Assembly: GCA_963767005.1 (NCBI GenBank)
Contig: CAVYCN010000008.1
Coordinates: forward strand, 113,021 to 177,020
Direction: 5' to 3'
From: an uncultured Actinomycetes bacterium
Lineage (GTDB): Bacteria > Actinomycetota > Thermoleophilia > UBA2241
Length of the DNA stretch: 64,000 nucleotides
Shown here piece after piece: positions 25,632 through 36,353 of this stretch. The position numbers and the translations under genes are program-made. Positions within the stretch are counted from its first letter, which is position 1; every line of letters starts with the position of its first letter. The notes under the pieces were generated by a model. The model ran no database searches, was not told where the DNA came from, and was given only the letters and a program-made list of their open reading frames with translations.

Positions 25632-26626
25632 AGCTCGCCGTCACCATCGACACCGAGGCCGACGGCCAGTGGGACCACGGCGCCCCGCTCACCACCCGCA
25701 ACGTGGCCTTCTGGGAGCCGTTCCAGGAGCTCTGCGAGCGCCACGGCGCCGCCCCCACCTACGTGGTCACGACCGAGATCGCCGCCGACGAGCGGGCCCG
25801 TGAGCTGCTCACCGGCTGGGCGCGGCGCGGCGCCTGTGAGGTGGGCTCCCACCTGCACCCCTGGACGACGCCGCCGTTCGCCGACCGGCCGGGCCTGCGC
25901 TTCAACGACGCCGTGCACGCGTTCCCCTGTCAGCTACCCGACGAGCTGCTCCACGAGAAGCTCGTCACCCTGACCGAGCAGGTGACCGCCGCCTTCGGCG
26001 CACCGCCCACCTCGTATCGCGCCGGACGGTTCGGCTTCGACGCGCGCAGCGCCGCCGTGCTCGCCGCGACGGGCTACGTGGTCGATTCGTCGGTGTCGCC
26101 CCTCTGGTCGTGGCGCGCCCACCCCGGCCTCGAGGGCCGCGGCGGCCCCGACTTTCGCCGGCACCGGCCCTGGCCGTTCCTGATCGGCGATGGCGACTCG
26201 AGCCTGGTAGAGATCCCCGTGACCATCCTGCCGACCTACACCGCGCTGCGCCGCTCGCCGGCCCTGCTCGCCGCCTACCAGCTTCTGCCGGTGCGCGCTG
26301 TGCGCAAGCTGTTCCTGTCGCGCTGGCTGCGACCTCAGCCCATGTGGCTGCAGCCCGACCCGCGTCTCGGGGCCGACGACCTCGCGAGCCTCTGGCGCTG
26401 TGCCGAGCGGCTCGGGCTCGAGGCGCTCGTCATGATGTTCCACAGCAGCGAGCTCATGCCGGGCGGCAGCCCGTTCCGGCCCGACGTCGACGCGGTGCGC
26501 GAGCTCCTGACGTGCCTCGACCGCTTCTTCGGTTTCGTGCGGGCGAGCGGCGGCGAGTTCGCCATGCTCACCCCGCTCGCCGCGTGGCTGCGGTGTGAAC
26601 GGTCGCTCCCGCTGGGGCTGCCGTGA
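25628..26626 (+). CDS. Polysaccharide deacetylase (WalW-like, NodB fold)
   Basis: TTG start overlapping the upstream stop; VTIDTEAD, GSHLHPW, SYRAGRFG, VDSSV and MMFHSSE. Confidence 0.85.
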   Translation: MKLAVTIDTEADGQWDHGAPLTTRNVAFWEPFQELCERHGAAPTYVVTTEIAADERARELLTGWARRGACEVGSHLHPWTTPPFADRPGLRFNDAVHAFPCQLPDELLHEKLVTLTEQVTAAFGAPPTSYRAGRFGFDARSAAVLAATGYVVDSSVSPLWSWRAHPGLEGRGGPDFRRHRPWPFLIGDGDSSLVEIPVTILPTYTALRRSPALLAAYQLLPVRAVRKLFLSRWLRPQPMWLQPDPRLGADDLASLWRCAERLGLEALVMMFHSSELMPGGSPFRPDVDAVRELLTCLDRFFGFVRASGGEFAMLTPLAAWLRCERSLPLGLP

Positions 26627-27807
26627 GGCTGCTGCTGCTCGCCGACGTGCTCGACAACGGCGGTCAGGAGCGCCAGATGTCGCTCCTCGCCGCTAGCCTG
26701 CCGGCCTCCTGGGAGGTGCGTCTGTGGAGCATGGGCGGGGGGCCGTTCGAGGCCTATCTGCGCGAGCGCGGCGTGCCGGTGATGATCGCCCGGCGGCACT
26801 CGCGTTTCGACCCGCTCCCGGCGGTCGCGCTGCTGCCCGTCCTGCGCGAGTACCGGCCCGACGTCGTGCACGCCTGGAGCTGGATGGCGGGGCTCGCCGC
26901 GGCGCCGCTGTGCCGGGCGCTCGGCGTGCCGATCGTGAACGGCATGATCCGCAGCGGCGCGGTCGACCCCGACTTTCCCCGGCTCAAGCGCCTCGGCCTT
27001 ACCCTCGCCACGCTGGTGGTCGCCAACACGCGCGCCGGTCTGGCGGCGTGGGGGGTGAGCCCGGCCAAGGGCAGGGTCGTCTACAACGGCTTCGACGAGT
27101 CGCGCCTGGCGGCGCTCGAAGCGCCCGGCGGGGCCGGGCCGCGGCCCGGCCCCGCCGGGCGCTTCACCGTCGTCATGACCGGCCGCATGACCAGGGTGAA
27201 ACACTACGACGTCGTGATCGAGGCGGCGCGCCGGCTGCGCGAGGCGGCGGGCGGCTGGCGCTTCGTGCTGGTGGGCGACGGCCCCGACCGCGAGCGTCTG
27301 CTGGGCGAGGCGCGCGACCTGGTCGCGACCGGTGTCGTCGAGTTCCCCGAGCCCGGCACCGAGGTCCTCGGCCTGGTGCGCCGGGCCGACGTCGGCGTCC
27401 TCATGACCAATCCGCTGCACGCCAACGAAGGCTTCAGCAACTCGATCATGGAGTACATGGCGCTCGGTCTGCCGGTGGTGTGCGGCGACGGCGGCGGCAA
27501 CCCGGAGCTCGTGCGCGACGGCGTCACCGGCTTCGTCGTGCCGCAGGGCGACGTCGCCCGCCTCGTCGAGCGGCTGGTCTGGCTGCGCGAGCACGACGCC
27601 GAGCGCCACGCCATGGGCGCCGCCGGTCGCGACTACGTGCTCACCGAGCTCTCGGTCGACGCGATGGTCGACGGCATGCTCGAGGTCTACGACGAGGCGG
27701 CCTTCAGGGTCGGCCGTCTGCTCTGGCCAGCCGGGGCCGGGCGGCATCCGCAGGCTGGGGCGCGATCCTCGCGTGCGCCGTCGCCTGACGGCGACACCGT
27801 CGCCTGA
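26623..27807 (+). CDS. GT4 glycosyltransferase
   Basis: GGQERQ, VYNG and EGFSNSIMEYMALGLPVV motifs. Confidence 0.9.
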   Translation: MRLLLLADVLDNGGQERQMSLLAASLPASWEVRLWSMGGGPFEAYLRERGVPVMIARRHSRFDPLPAVALLPVLREYRPDVVHAWSWMAGLAAAPLCRALGVPIVNGMIRSGAVDPDFPRLKRLGLTLATLVVANTRAGLAAWGVSPAKGRVVYNGFDESRLAALEAPGGAGPRPGPAGRFTVVMTGRMTRVKHYDVVIEAARRLREAAGGWRFVLVGDGPDRERLLGEARDLVATGVVEFPEPGTEVLGLVRRADVGVLMTNPLHANEGFSNSIMEYMALGLPVVCGDGGGNPELVRDGVTGFVVPQGDVARLVERLVWLREHDAERHAMGAAGRDYVLTELSVDAMVDGMLEVYDEAAFRVGRLLWPAGAGRHPQAGARSSRAPSPDGDTVA

Positions 27808-27834
27808 CGGCGGCCGCCCGGAGCGGTCGTCCCC

Positions 27835-29721
27835 TTACCAGGGCCGGCCCGCGGTGGCCGCCTCGGCCCAGGTCGCCAGCCCGAGGAGGGTCCACACGCG
27901 CGGACTCAGATCGCGCGCGCTGCGGCGCTGCAGGTCGAGCAGGGCGCGCACGCCGGCCGGCGCGAACAGGTCGAGCTGGTCGCCGGTCAGGCGCTCGTCG
28001 ACGAACTCGCGCAGCGGGCCGTCGAGCCAGCGCCGCAGGGGCGGGTCGAAGCCCTGCTTGGGGCGGTCGAACAGGCCGTCCGGCAGGTACGGCTGGCCGA
28101 TCGCCCGCAGGAGGACCTTCTGCTGCCCGTCGCGCAGCTTGTACGAGAGGGGCAGCGTGTTGACGTACTCGGCGAAGACGTGGTCGAGCAGCGGCACGCG
28201 CGCCTCGAGCGAGACGGCCATGCTGCTGCGGTCGACCTTGGCGAGGATGTCGTCGACGAGGTAGGTCTCCTGGTCGACGCGCTGGGCGTCGCTCACGCTG
28301 CCGTCGGTCGCGAAGTCGTCGCGCCAGCTCGCGTCGCCGCCGTCGCTGTGCAGGAAGGCGGCGAGGCGCGGGCTCAGGGCCTCCACGACCGGCCCTGCGG
28401 TGGGGGTGAGGCCGTAGCGCAGCGAGAAGTAGCGCAGCGGGGCCGGCTCGGCGAGGCGCCGCACGAAGCCACCGCCGCGGGCGCCCTCGGCCACCACGGC
28501 GCCCGCGACGACGGCGGCCCGGCGGCGTAGCGGGAGCGGCACGCGGTCGATCGGCCGGTACAGACCGAGGTCGGCGTACACGGTGTAGCCGGCGAAGAGC
28601 TCGTCGCCGCCGTCGCCCGACAGCGACACCGTCACCTGCCGGCGCGCCAGGCGGCTGACGAGGTACGTGGGGATCGCCGACACGTCGGCGAACGGCTCGT
28701 CGAAGCGGGCGAGCAACTCGGGCAGCAGGCGCGCCTCGCTCGCCCCCACGATCTCGGTGTGGTGGTCGACGCCCAGATGGCGGGCGACGCGCTCCGCGTG
28801 GGGCAGCTCGCTCGCCGGATCGTCCTCGAAGCCGATCGAGAACGTCTTGAGGTCGCGGGGCCCGACGGCGTGCGTGAGCGCCACGACCGTGCTGGAATCG
28901 ACGCCGCCCGACAGGAATGCGCCGAGCGGCACGTCGCTGCGCAGATGGAGCCGGATGCTCTCCTCGAGCAGCTCGGTGGCGCGCTCACGGGCCTCGTCGA
29001 ACGAGGGGGTCGCCGCGCGCTCGCCGACCCACGGGCGCCAGTACCGCACCGTCCGCGCGCGGCCGCCCGCCCGGCCGTCGCCGCCGAGGCGCCAGAGCTC
29101 GGCGGTGCCGGGTGGCATCTTGCGCACGCCGCGGTAGGCGGTGAGGGGGCAGGGCACGTAGCCGATGCGCAGGTAGGCGCGCAGCGCGGCGGCGTCCCAG
29201 TCGCGGTCGAGCCAGGGCAGGTGCAGCAGCGACTTGATCTCCGAGGCGAAGGCCATGCGCCCGGCCGCCTCGGCCACGAAGAGTGGCTTGATGCCGAACC
29301 GGTCGCGGGCCACTATGAGCTCCCCGCGGCGCGCGTCCCACACGGCGAAGGCGAACATGCCGCGGAAGCGGCGCACGCAGCCGATGCCGTCCTGCTCGTA
29401 CTGGTGCGCGATGACCTCGGTGTCGCAGCCGGTACGGAAGCGATGGCCCTGCGCGATGAGCTCCTCGCGCAGCTCGACGAAGTTGTAGATCTCGCCGTTC
29501 AGGATGGCCCAGACCGTGCCGTCCTCGTTGCCGATCGGCTGGTCGCCGGTCTCGAGGTCGATGATGCGCAGGCGCCGCGCGCCGAGCCCGACGCGGGGCT
29601 CGATGTGAAAGCCGTCGGCGTCGGGGCCGCGGTGGGCGAGCTCGCCGGTCATGGCGCGGACGAGCGCCTCGTCGACGGCTTGGTCGATCCCGTGGTGAAG
29701 GAGTCCGGCTATGCCGCACAC
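27835..29721 (-). CDS. asnB: Asparagine-synthase-type glutamine amidotransferase
   Basis: GTG-CGIAG (Ntn Cys1), HRGPD, NGEIYN, RDRFGIKPL, LSGGVDSS, SGDGGDELFAGY and RPKQGF. Confidence 0.92.
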   Translation of the reverse strand: MCGIAGLLHHGIDQAVDEALVRAMTGELAHRGPDADGFHIEPRVGLGARRLRIIDLETGDQPIGNEDGTVWAILNGEIYNFVELREELIAQGHRFRTGCDTEVIAHQYEQDGIGCVRRFRGMFAFAVWDARRGELIVARDRFGIKPLFVAEAAGRMAFASEIKSLLHLPWLDRDWDAAALRAYLRIGYVPCPLTAYRGVRKMPPGTAELWRLGGDGRAGGRARTVRYWRPWVGERAATPSFDEARERATELLEESIRLHLRSDVPLGAFLSGGVDSSTVVALTHAVGPRDLKTFSIGFEDDPASELPHAERVARHLGVDHHTEIVGASEARLLPELLARFDEPFADVSAIPTYLVSRLARRQVTVSLSGDGGDELFAGYTVYADLGLYRPIDRVPLPLRRRAAVVAGAVVAEGARGGGFVRRLAEPAPLRYFSLRYGLTPTAGPVVEALSPRLAAFLHSDGGDASWRDDFATDGSVSDAQRVDQETYLVDDILAKVDRSSMAVSLEARVPLLDHVFAEYVNTLPLSYKLRDGQQKVLLRAIGQPYLPDGLFDRPKQGFDPPLRRWLDGPLREFVDERLTGDQLDLFAPAGVRALLDLQRRSARDLSPRVWTLLGLATWAEAATAGRPW

Positions 29722-29785
29722 GTCGATGTCCTCCGGCTGGCCACGGCTTCGTCGCCGCCGGCCGTCGCCCTCGGGCGCGGCGCGC

Positions 29786-31096
29786 TCACGGCGCGGCCTC
29801 GCGGCCGCAGACTGCGGCGAACAGGCCGGCCAGGGGCTCAGCGTACAGCGCGTAATGGAACCGGCGCTCGGCAAGCTCGCGGCCGCGCCGCCCGATCAGG
29901 GCGGCGCGAGCCGGGTCGTCGAGCAGCTCGACCACGGAGCGGCCGAAGGCGACCGGCTCACCGGCCGGGCGCACCAGGGCGTCCAGGCCGTCGGTGAAGA
30001 AGCGCGGGATCTCGCCGACGTCGCTCGTGACGACGGGCCGGGCAGCCGCCAGATACTCGCCGATCTTGGTCGGGAAGCGCGCCTGCGAACGCTGGTCGTA
30101 GAAGAGCGGGATGAGCAGCGCGTGGGCGCGCGCGTAGAGGCCGAGCAGCTCCTCGCGCGACAGGTAGCCGACGAGGTCGACGCGATCGCCGAGGCCGGCT
30201 TCGCGCACCGCGGCGCGCAGCCAGTCGCTCTTGGGGTCGCCGGGCTCGGCGCCGGTGACCGCGAGACGGCACTCGGGGTGCGTGCGCCACACCTCGGCCA
30301 TGGCGGCGAAGATGAAACGGATGGTCGGCTTGTAGTCGGGCGAGCCGGCGAACACGACGAGCGGATCGCCGGTCGGGTAGGGCGCCGGCTGCCGCTCGTC
30401 GACGTCGACCAGGATGGGCACCTCGACGACTCGCAGCCGGCGCCGGCGGCCGTGCGCCTGGCGCGCCGCCCAGCCGCGCAGCTCGGCGGAGATCGCGATC
30501 ACCCCGGCCATGCCGTCGACCGGCGACCAGAGCCGCGCCAGCAGGCTCTTCTGACGGGCGTAGGCCCAGGGGGTCTCGTCGATCTCGCGCACGACCGGCA
30601 CCCCGAGGCGGTGTAGCAGGGCGAGGAAGAAGGCGAGGCGGACCGCCGGTCGCGGCGTCCACAGCCACAGGCAGACGGCGTCGAGGCGCCCCTCGCGGCG
30701 CAGCCGCACGAGGCGCGCGGCGCCGTGGGCCCAGCCCCAGGTGGCGATCAGGCGACGGACGAGGAACGAGTCGTGGCGCACGGTCGTGCCGCAGGTGTAC
30801 TCGAAGGGCACCCCCTGGTGCTCGCCGCGTACGACCGTGTTCTCGACGTGCGTCGGGTGATCGGCGGCCTGCAGCGTGATGACGCGGGTGTTGACGCCGC
30901 CCTCGCGTAGCGCCCGGGCGACGAGGCGCGCGCGGCTGGTCGCCGCCATGCCGTGGGGGAAGGGCAGCCAGTCGCCGAGCACGACGACCTCGAGCGGGCC
31001 GGTCGCCGCGCCGCCTGGCGCGGCGCCGGCTCCGGGTGCGGCCGCCTTTGCCCGCGTCGCTTCGACCTGCTCTTGTGCGCTGTCGGTCAGACCCAT
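29786..31096 (-). CDS. GT4 glycosyltransferase
   Basis: RFPTKIGEYLAAARPVVTSDVGE C-terminal GT4 motif; GGAG SD before ATG 31096. Confidence 0.85.
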   Translation of the reverse strand: MGLTDSAQEQVEATRAKAAAPGAGAAPGGAATGPLEVVVLGDWLPFPHGMAATSRARLVARALREGGVNTRVITLQAADHPTHVENTVVRGEHQGVPFEYTCGTTVRHDSFLVRRLIATWGWAHGAARLVRLRREGRLDAVCLWLWTPRPAVRLAFFLALLHRLGVPVVREIDETPWAYARQKSLLARLWSPVDGMAGVIAISAELRGWAARQAHGRRRRLRVVEVPILVDVDERQPAPYPTGDPLVVFAGSPDYKPTIRFIFAAMAEVWRTHPECRLAVTGAEPGDPKSDWLRAAVREAGLGDRVDLVGYLSREELLGLYARAHALLIPLFYDQRSQARFPTKIGEYLAAARPVVTSDVGEIPRFFTDGLDALVRPAGEPVAFGRSVVELLDDPARAALIGRRGRELAERRFHYALYAEPLAGLFAAVCGREAAP

Positions 31097-31373
31097 GCTC
31101 CCTTGCGACCGGCACGCCGGTCGCGGATCCGTCGTCTTCGTCGTGGTCCCATCGGCAGGCTGCGCGCCCAAGTTGACCCCGGCCGTCGCATGGGTCCCGC
31201 GTGAGTCCTCGCCCCTCCCGCCGCGCCAGTGGCCGCGGCGCATCGTCTTGCCTACTGTGCCCCTCCGATGGAAATCGTCTTCCGTTGACTGGCGTGGGAC
31301 CAGAGCGAAGGCTAGCATCGGCCTCGCCCGAAGTCTCTACGAGGGTTCGCCGGCGGGCGTCACGGACGCGCGC

Positions 31374-32258
31374 CTAGGAGCGCAGCGTCCAGATCCCGCG
31401 GTCGAAGTCGAAAACGGCCCGCGGGTGGCGATACCAGGGCAGCACGCCGACCTTGTGCAGGGCGTCGCCGACGAGGCGCCGCCGGCCGGGCCCGATCAGG
31501 CGCACGACGTTCGCGCGGCGCCGCGCCGCGGCGTCGTACCCGGCGACGAAGGCCGCGTGCAGGCCGCGGGCCTCGCGTTCGTAGAGGCCGTCGCCGGCGT
31601 CGCCGAGGCGGTCCTCGTGCACGCGAAAGCCGCCCAGCAGGGTCTGCACGTGGACGAGCGGCGCGAGGCGAAAGAAGCGCAGCCAGAGGTCGAAGTCGGC
31701 GGCGCAGGTGAGCGCGTCGTCGAGGCGCCCACCGGCGCGCTCCCACAGCCGCCGGCGCCAGAACACCGACTCCTGCTGGAGCCAGCGAAAGTCGCCGGCC
31801 AGGACGTCGTAGGCGTTGAAGGTGCCATACGAGGTCGACACGGCGCGCGGCCCGCCCTGCCGGTCGAACATCGAGGCCACGCCCATGACCCAGTCGACCT
31901 CGGGAAGCTGCGTGAAAACCTGGGCCACCGTCTCGAAGGTCCAGGGGTAGTACAGGTCGGAGCTGTTCAGCCAGCACATGATCTCGCCGCTCGTGCCGGC
32001 GAAGCCCTTGTTGAGGGCGTCGGCGTGGCCGCGGTCGGGCTCGCTCCCCCAGCGCGAGAGCTCGCCTTCGTGGCGCCGGATGATGTCGACGCTGCCGTCG
32101 GTCGAGCCGCCGTCGACGACGACGTACTCGAGATCGGGGTAACCCTGCGACACGACCGATCGCAGCGTGGCCTCGAGGTAGTCGGCTTGGTTGAACGACG
32201 GCGTGACCACGCTGATGCGTGGGAGCGCCGCCGTGCGCGCTGTCGCGTTCGTAGTCAT
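31374..32258 (-). CDS. GT2 glycosyltransferase (WcaE/WfgS-like)
   Basis: ISVVTPSFNQ, VVDGGSTDGS, SEPDRG..ALNKG and WLNSSD motifs. Confidence 0.9.
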   Translation of the reverse strand: MTTNATARTAALPRISVVTPSFNQADYLEATLRSVVSQGYPDLEYVVVDGGSTDGSVDIIRRHEGELSRWGSEPDRGHADALNKGFAGTSGEIMCWLNSSDLYYPWTFETVAQVFTQLPEVDWVMGVASMFDRQGGPRAVSTSYGTFNAYDVLAGDFRWLQQESVFWRRRLWERAGGRLDDALTCAADFDLWLRFFRLAPLVHVQTLLGGFRVHEDRLGDAGDGLYEREARGLHAAFVAGYDAAARRRANVVRLIGPGRRRLVGDALHKVGVLPWYRHPRAVFDFDRGIWTLRS

Positions 32259-32746
32259 GGCCTGCTCCGCCGCCCGCGACCTGCCGGCCCGGACGGTCTC
32301 GCTTGCGGTCGAGGGCAGTCTAGCAGGCAGCGACGGCGGCGGTCGCCCGACGACGCGCTGGCTCGCGTCTGCCCGGCCCCTCGACCGGCGGCGCCCTCGT
32401 GCACCCGGTCGCGGTCCCGGGGCGCCGGCGCCTGTCCGGTCGGGAAACAGGATGGTGATACGCGGCCGGTCCGAGTGGGTAGTGTTCGCGCGTGCGGCGA
32501 CGGACGACTGCGGGCGGCCGGGGCCGCCCCGGCGTCAGGACGACAGCGACGACGAGGCCGGTCGGGTATCGCCGCGCCGGCGCACATGAGATGCTTGGTC
32601 AGGTCAAAGGTGCCTCGCCCGGCCGCGAGCGGCGCCTCTCGAGCGTCGGTCGAGGGCCCAGGGCCTCGGCGGCAGGCCGCTGCGCGGGCCTGACGGGCTC
32701 GGGCGATCGTCTCCGCACACCCCGCGGTGCGGCGCGGCTCCGCCGC

Positions 32747-32763
32747 CCCTCAATGATTGAGGG
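32747..32763. promoter_or_regulatory. 8-1-8 palindrome, putative operator in the divergent promoter region upstream of wzm
   Basis: CCCTCAAT-G-ATTGAGGG, followed by TCGATA-N18-TACAGT (32771-32800). Confidence 0.5.
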
Positions 32764-32881
32764 TATGGCGTCGATAAGCGTCACCAGGGCTGTGTACAGT
32801 CGGCGGCCGTGCCGCGGTTAGGCGGACCGGCCGCTGTCGCCGCGAGCGAGGGCCGCATCGGTCGGCGTCGAACGGAGGGGT

Positions 32882-33748
32882 GTGGAGAGCGCGACAGTCG
32901 AGCAGACGGTCGAACAGATCGCCAGGACCAAGCGGGTCATCAGGCCGCCCAAAGGGCGTGCGGCCCTGCACCTCCGTGAGCTGTGGGAGTATCGCGAGCT
33001 GCTCTACTTCCTGACGTGGCGCGACATCAAGGTGCGCTACAAGCAGGCGGTGCTGGGCGTGGCCTGGGCGGTGCTCAACCCGCTGATCACGGTCGTCGTG
33101 TTCAGCGTCGTCTTCCAGAAGATCCTGCACGTGCAGGTGCCGAAAGGCCTGGATGTGCCCTACGTGCTCTTCAGCTACGCCGCCCTGCTACCCTGGAACC
33201 TCTTCTCGGGCGCTCTCGGCCGGGTCGGCATGAGCCTCGTCGGGAACTCCAATCTGCTCACCAAGATCTACTTCCCGCGTCTCGTCATACCGATCTCGGC
33301 GATCCTCGGCGGCGTCGTCGACTTCGTCATCGCGCTCATCGTCTACTTCGTGCTTATGGCCGCCTACGGCGTGCCGCCGCACTGGCAGATCGTGCTGCTG
33401 CCGGCCTTTACGCTGCTCGCCATGCTGGCCTCGCTCGCCTTGGGCTTGTGGTTCGCCGCCCTGAACGTGCTGTACCGCGACGTCCAGTACGTCATCCCGT
33501 TCCTCGTGCAGCTCTGGATGTTCCTGTCGCCCGTCGCCTACCCGATTCAGATCCACACCAGGTGGAAGGCCATCGTGTACGGTCTCAACCCGATGGTCGG
33601 CGTCATCGCGGGTTTTCGCTGGTCGCTCCTCGGCGAGGCGCCGCCCGGTGGACTGCTGTTCGTGTCGAGCGCCGTCATGGTGGTGCTGCTCTTGACCGGC
33701 CTCGCCTACTTCAAGCGCATGGAGCGCACGTTCGCCGACCTGATCTAG
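32882..33748 (+). CDS. wzm: Polysaccharide ABC exporter permease
   Basis: ELWEYRELLYFLTWRDIKVRYKQAVLG, KIYFPR, YRDVQY, NPM and FADLI; GGAGG SD. Confidence 0.93.
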   Translation: MESATVEQTVEQIARTKRVIRPPKGRAALHLRELWEYRELLYFLTWRDIKVRYKQAVLGVAWAVLNPLITVVVFSVVFQKILHVQVPKGLDVPYVLFSYAALLPWNLFSGALGRVGMSLVGNSNLLTKIYFPRLVIPISAILGGVVDFVIALIVYFVLMAAYGVPPHWQIVLLPAFTLLAMLASLALGLWFAALNVLYRDVQYVIPFLVQLWMFLSPVAYPIQIHTRWKAIVYGLNPMVGVIAGFRWSLLGEAPPGGLLFVSSAVMVVLLLTGLAYFKRMERTFADLI

Positions 33749-33768
33749 GGTCGAGCGAGCGCAAAGGC

Positions 33769-35040
33769 ATGGGCATGGACGACATCAGCATCAGGGTCGA
33801 TGGGCTCGGCAAGATGTACCACATCGGCGGGGCGCTGCAGCGCCACACCACGCTGCGCGATGCCATCGTGGCGGCCGCCTCCAGACCGATCGAGCGCATC
33901 CGGCACCCCGGCTCCGTCACCAACCGCAGCGAGGAGCTCTGGGCGCTACGCGGCCTTTCGCTCGAGGTGCGCGAGGGCGAGGTGCTCGGCGTGGTCGGCG
34001 GCAACGGCGCCGGCAAGAGCACGTTCCTCAAGCTGCTGTCGCGCATCACCGAGCCGACCGAGGGCGAGATCTCGCTCACCGGTCGCGTCGGCAGCCTGCT
34101 CGAGGTCGGCACGGGCTTTCACCCCGAGCTCACCGGCCGCGAGAACATCTACCTGAACGGCGCCATCCTGGGCATGACCCGGGTCGAGATCAACCAGCGC
34201 TTCGACGACATCGTCGAGTTCTCCGAGATCGGGCGGTTCCTCGACACGCCGGTCAAGCGCTACTCGAGCGGCATGTACGTGCGCCTGGCCTTCGCCGTGG
34301 CGGCCCACCTCGAGCCCGAGATCCTGCTCATCGACGAGGTCCTATCCGTCGGCGACGCGGCCTTCCAGCGCAAGTGCCTGGGCCGCATGGAGAACGTCGC
34401 CGAGTCGGGTCGCACTGTGCTGCTTGTGAGCCACAACATGCAGACCATCCGCAGCCTGTGCACGCGGGTCGTGCAGTTCGAGGCCGGCCGCATCGTCAAA
34501 GAAGGGGAGCCCTCGCAGGTGGTCGACTCGTACCTCAAGCTGCTCGGCGGCAGCGACGGCGAGGCCCTGTGGTCGGGCGACGACCGGCCCGGCGACGACG
34601 ATGTGCGGCTCTCCGCCCTGCGCGTGCTCGACGCGGACGGCCGCCGCACGCCGTTCGTGATGAGCAGCGAGCCGTTCGTCGTGCAGATGGACGTCGACAT
34701 CGAGCGCCTCGTGCCCAACCTGACGATCGGCTTTGACCTCGCCCTGGCCGACGGCACGCTCGTGTTCCGCACCTATCAGACCGACGACGATCCCACGCTG
34801 TGGCCTGAGCTGCGCGTCGGGCGCAACAGGCTCGAGTGCGTGGTGAGCGCCCGCCTGTTGAACGACGGCCGCTACACGGTGTTCCCGCGCATCAGCATCG
34901 ATCGCTCGCGCTGGATCGTCGACCGCGGCGCCGTGTCGTTCGACTGCCAGCGCGACCCCGGCAGGTCGCCGCACGCCCTGGCCCAGAAGCCGGGCGCCCT
35001 GGCGCCGCTGCTGCCCTGGCGGAGCGCCGACCCGTCGTGA
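33769..35040 (+). CDS. wzt: Polysaccharide ABC exporter ATPase with C-terminal Wzt-C domain
   Basis: GGNGAGKST, GFHPELTGRENI, YSSGM, DEVLSVGD and VSH, plus a ~150-aa C-terminal domain. Confidence 0.93.
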   Translation: MGMDDISIRVDGLGKMYHIGGALQRHTTLRDAIVAAASRPIERIRHPGSVTNRSEELWALRGLSLEVREGEVLGVVGGNGAGKSTFLKLLSRITEPTEGEISLTGRVGSLLEVGTGFHPELTGRENIYLNGAILGMTRVEINQRFDDIVEFSEIGRFLDTPVKRYSSGMYVRLAFAVAAHLEPEILLIDEVLSVGDAAFQRKCLGRMENVAESGRTVLLVSHNMQTIRSLCTRVVQFEAGRIVKEGEPSQVVDSYLKLLGGSDGEALWSGDDRPGDDDVRLSALRVLDADGRRTPFVMSSEPFVVQMDVDIERLVPNLTIGFDLALADGTLVFRTYQTDDDPTLWPELRVGRNRLECVVSARLLNDGRYTVFPRISIDRSRWIVDRGAVSFDCQRDPGRSPHALAQKPGALAPLLPWRSADPS

Positions 35041-36353
35041 GCGGAGCGCCGCCTCCCGTCGGCGAGCGACGCCCGGCCCTGCTGTACTCGCCGAACCTGC
35101 AGGGCCACCGGATCACCTACTGCCGTGTGCTCGCCGACGTGCTCACCGAGCTCGGCTTTCGTGTCGTGGTCGCCGCCCGCCTGCGCGGCCCTGCCGTGGC
35201 CGGCGACCCGCTGCTGCTCGACCTCGCCGGGCGTCGCGGGGTGACCGTGCACGACATCGGCGACGCCGACGCGACCGCGACCCTCGACACGCTGGCGGCG
35301 ACCATCCGCCGCGCCGGCGCTGCGGTCACGCTGCTCACCGAGGCCGACACGCTGCTGCCGGCCCTGGCCGAGCGCCGGCGCCGTGCGGCACCGGCGCTCG
35401 GCGGCCGCGTGGTGGGCCTGTTCATCCGCAGCACCAACTACGAGTACCGGCCACGCGTCTCGGCGCTGCGGCGGGCGCGCACGCGCCTCGCCGAGGCCCG
35501 CGACCGGCGCGTCGGCGAGGCGGGTTTTCACGAAGGCCTCGTGCCGCGCCGGATCCCGCTCGACGCCGCGCTCGTGCTCGACGAGCGCTTCGCCCTGGCC
35601 CATGCTCGCAGCCACCAGTGGATGCCCGACATCTTCCGCGAGCTCGCCGAGCCGTCACCGGCCGGTGCAGCCGAGACCCGCGACTGGGCGCCCCGCCTGC
35701 GCGGGTTTCTGGACGCGGACCGGAGGCGCCCGCTCGTCGTCTACACGGGACCGAGCGATCGGCGCCGGGGCTACGACACGCTGCTGCGCCTGTGCCTGGC
35801 CGAGCACGGCCGGTTCCTGCACTGCGGCGAGCGCGACGCCGAGCTCGAGCGCGACGGCGCCGACGTGCGCGCGGCGCGCGAGACGCTCGCCGCGCGCGGC
35901 GACCTGCTCGAGACCGGGGCGCCCTACCTGAGCGCCGCCACCGCCGACCTCTTCCTCGACGCGGCGCGCTGCGTCGCGCTGCCCTACCGCGGCCACGACG
36001 GCTCGAGCGGCTCCATGCTGCAGGCGGTCGCCGCTGGCCGGCCGGTGCTCGTGCCCGACCGCGGCCTGTCGGCCTGGCGCGTGCGCTCGTTTGGCCTGGG
36101 CGTCGTGTATCGCGACGGCGATGACGCCGACCTGGCGCGGCGCTTCCGCGAGCTCTGCCGGGTGGGGCCCGAGCCGTATCACGCGGCCACCGGGCGCTAC
36201 ACGGCGCTGTTCAGCCGCGACCAGGTGAGGGCCGCGATCGCGCGCGCCGTCGCCGTGCGCGGCGAGGGCGCGCGCCTGCCCCAGCAGGTGCTGGGTATCG
36301 GAGCGCCGGGCTCCGCCGGCAGCTCGGCCACGACCGAGGCGGTGGCGCGGTGA
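35037..36353 (+). CDS. Divergent GT-B glycosyltransferase-like protein
   Basis: N-terminal GH motif, RRGYDTL and LPY..HDGSSGSMLQAVAAGRPVLVP; GTGA overlap with wzt. Confidence 0.7.
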   Translation: MSGAPPPVGERRPALLYSPNLQGHRITYCRVLADVLTELGFRVVVAARLRGPAVAGDPLLLDLAGRRGVTVHDIGDADATATLDTLAATIRRAGAAVTLLTEADTLLPALAERRRRAAPALGGRVVGLFIRSTNYEYRPRVSALRRARTRLAEARDRRVGEAGFHEGLVPRRIPLDAALVLDERFALAHARSHQWMPDIFRELAEPSPAGAAETRDWAPRLRGFLDADRRRPLVVYTGPSDRRRGYDTLLRLCLAEHGRFLHCGERDAELERDGADVRAARETLAARGDLLETGAPYLSAATADLFLDAARCVALPYRGHDGSSGSMLQAVAAGRPVLVPDRGLSAWRVRSFGLGVVYRDGDDADLARRFRELCRVGPEPYHAATGRYTALFSRDQVRAAIARAVAVRGEGARLPQQVLGIGAPGSAGSSATTEAVAR

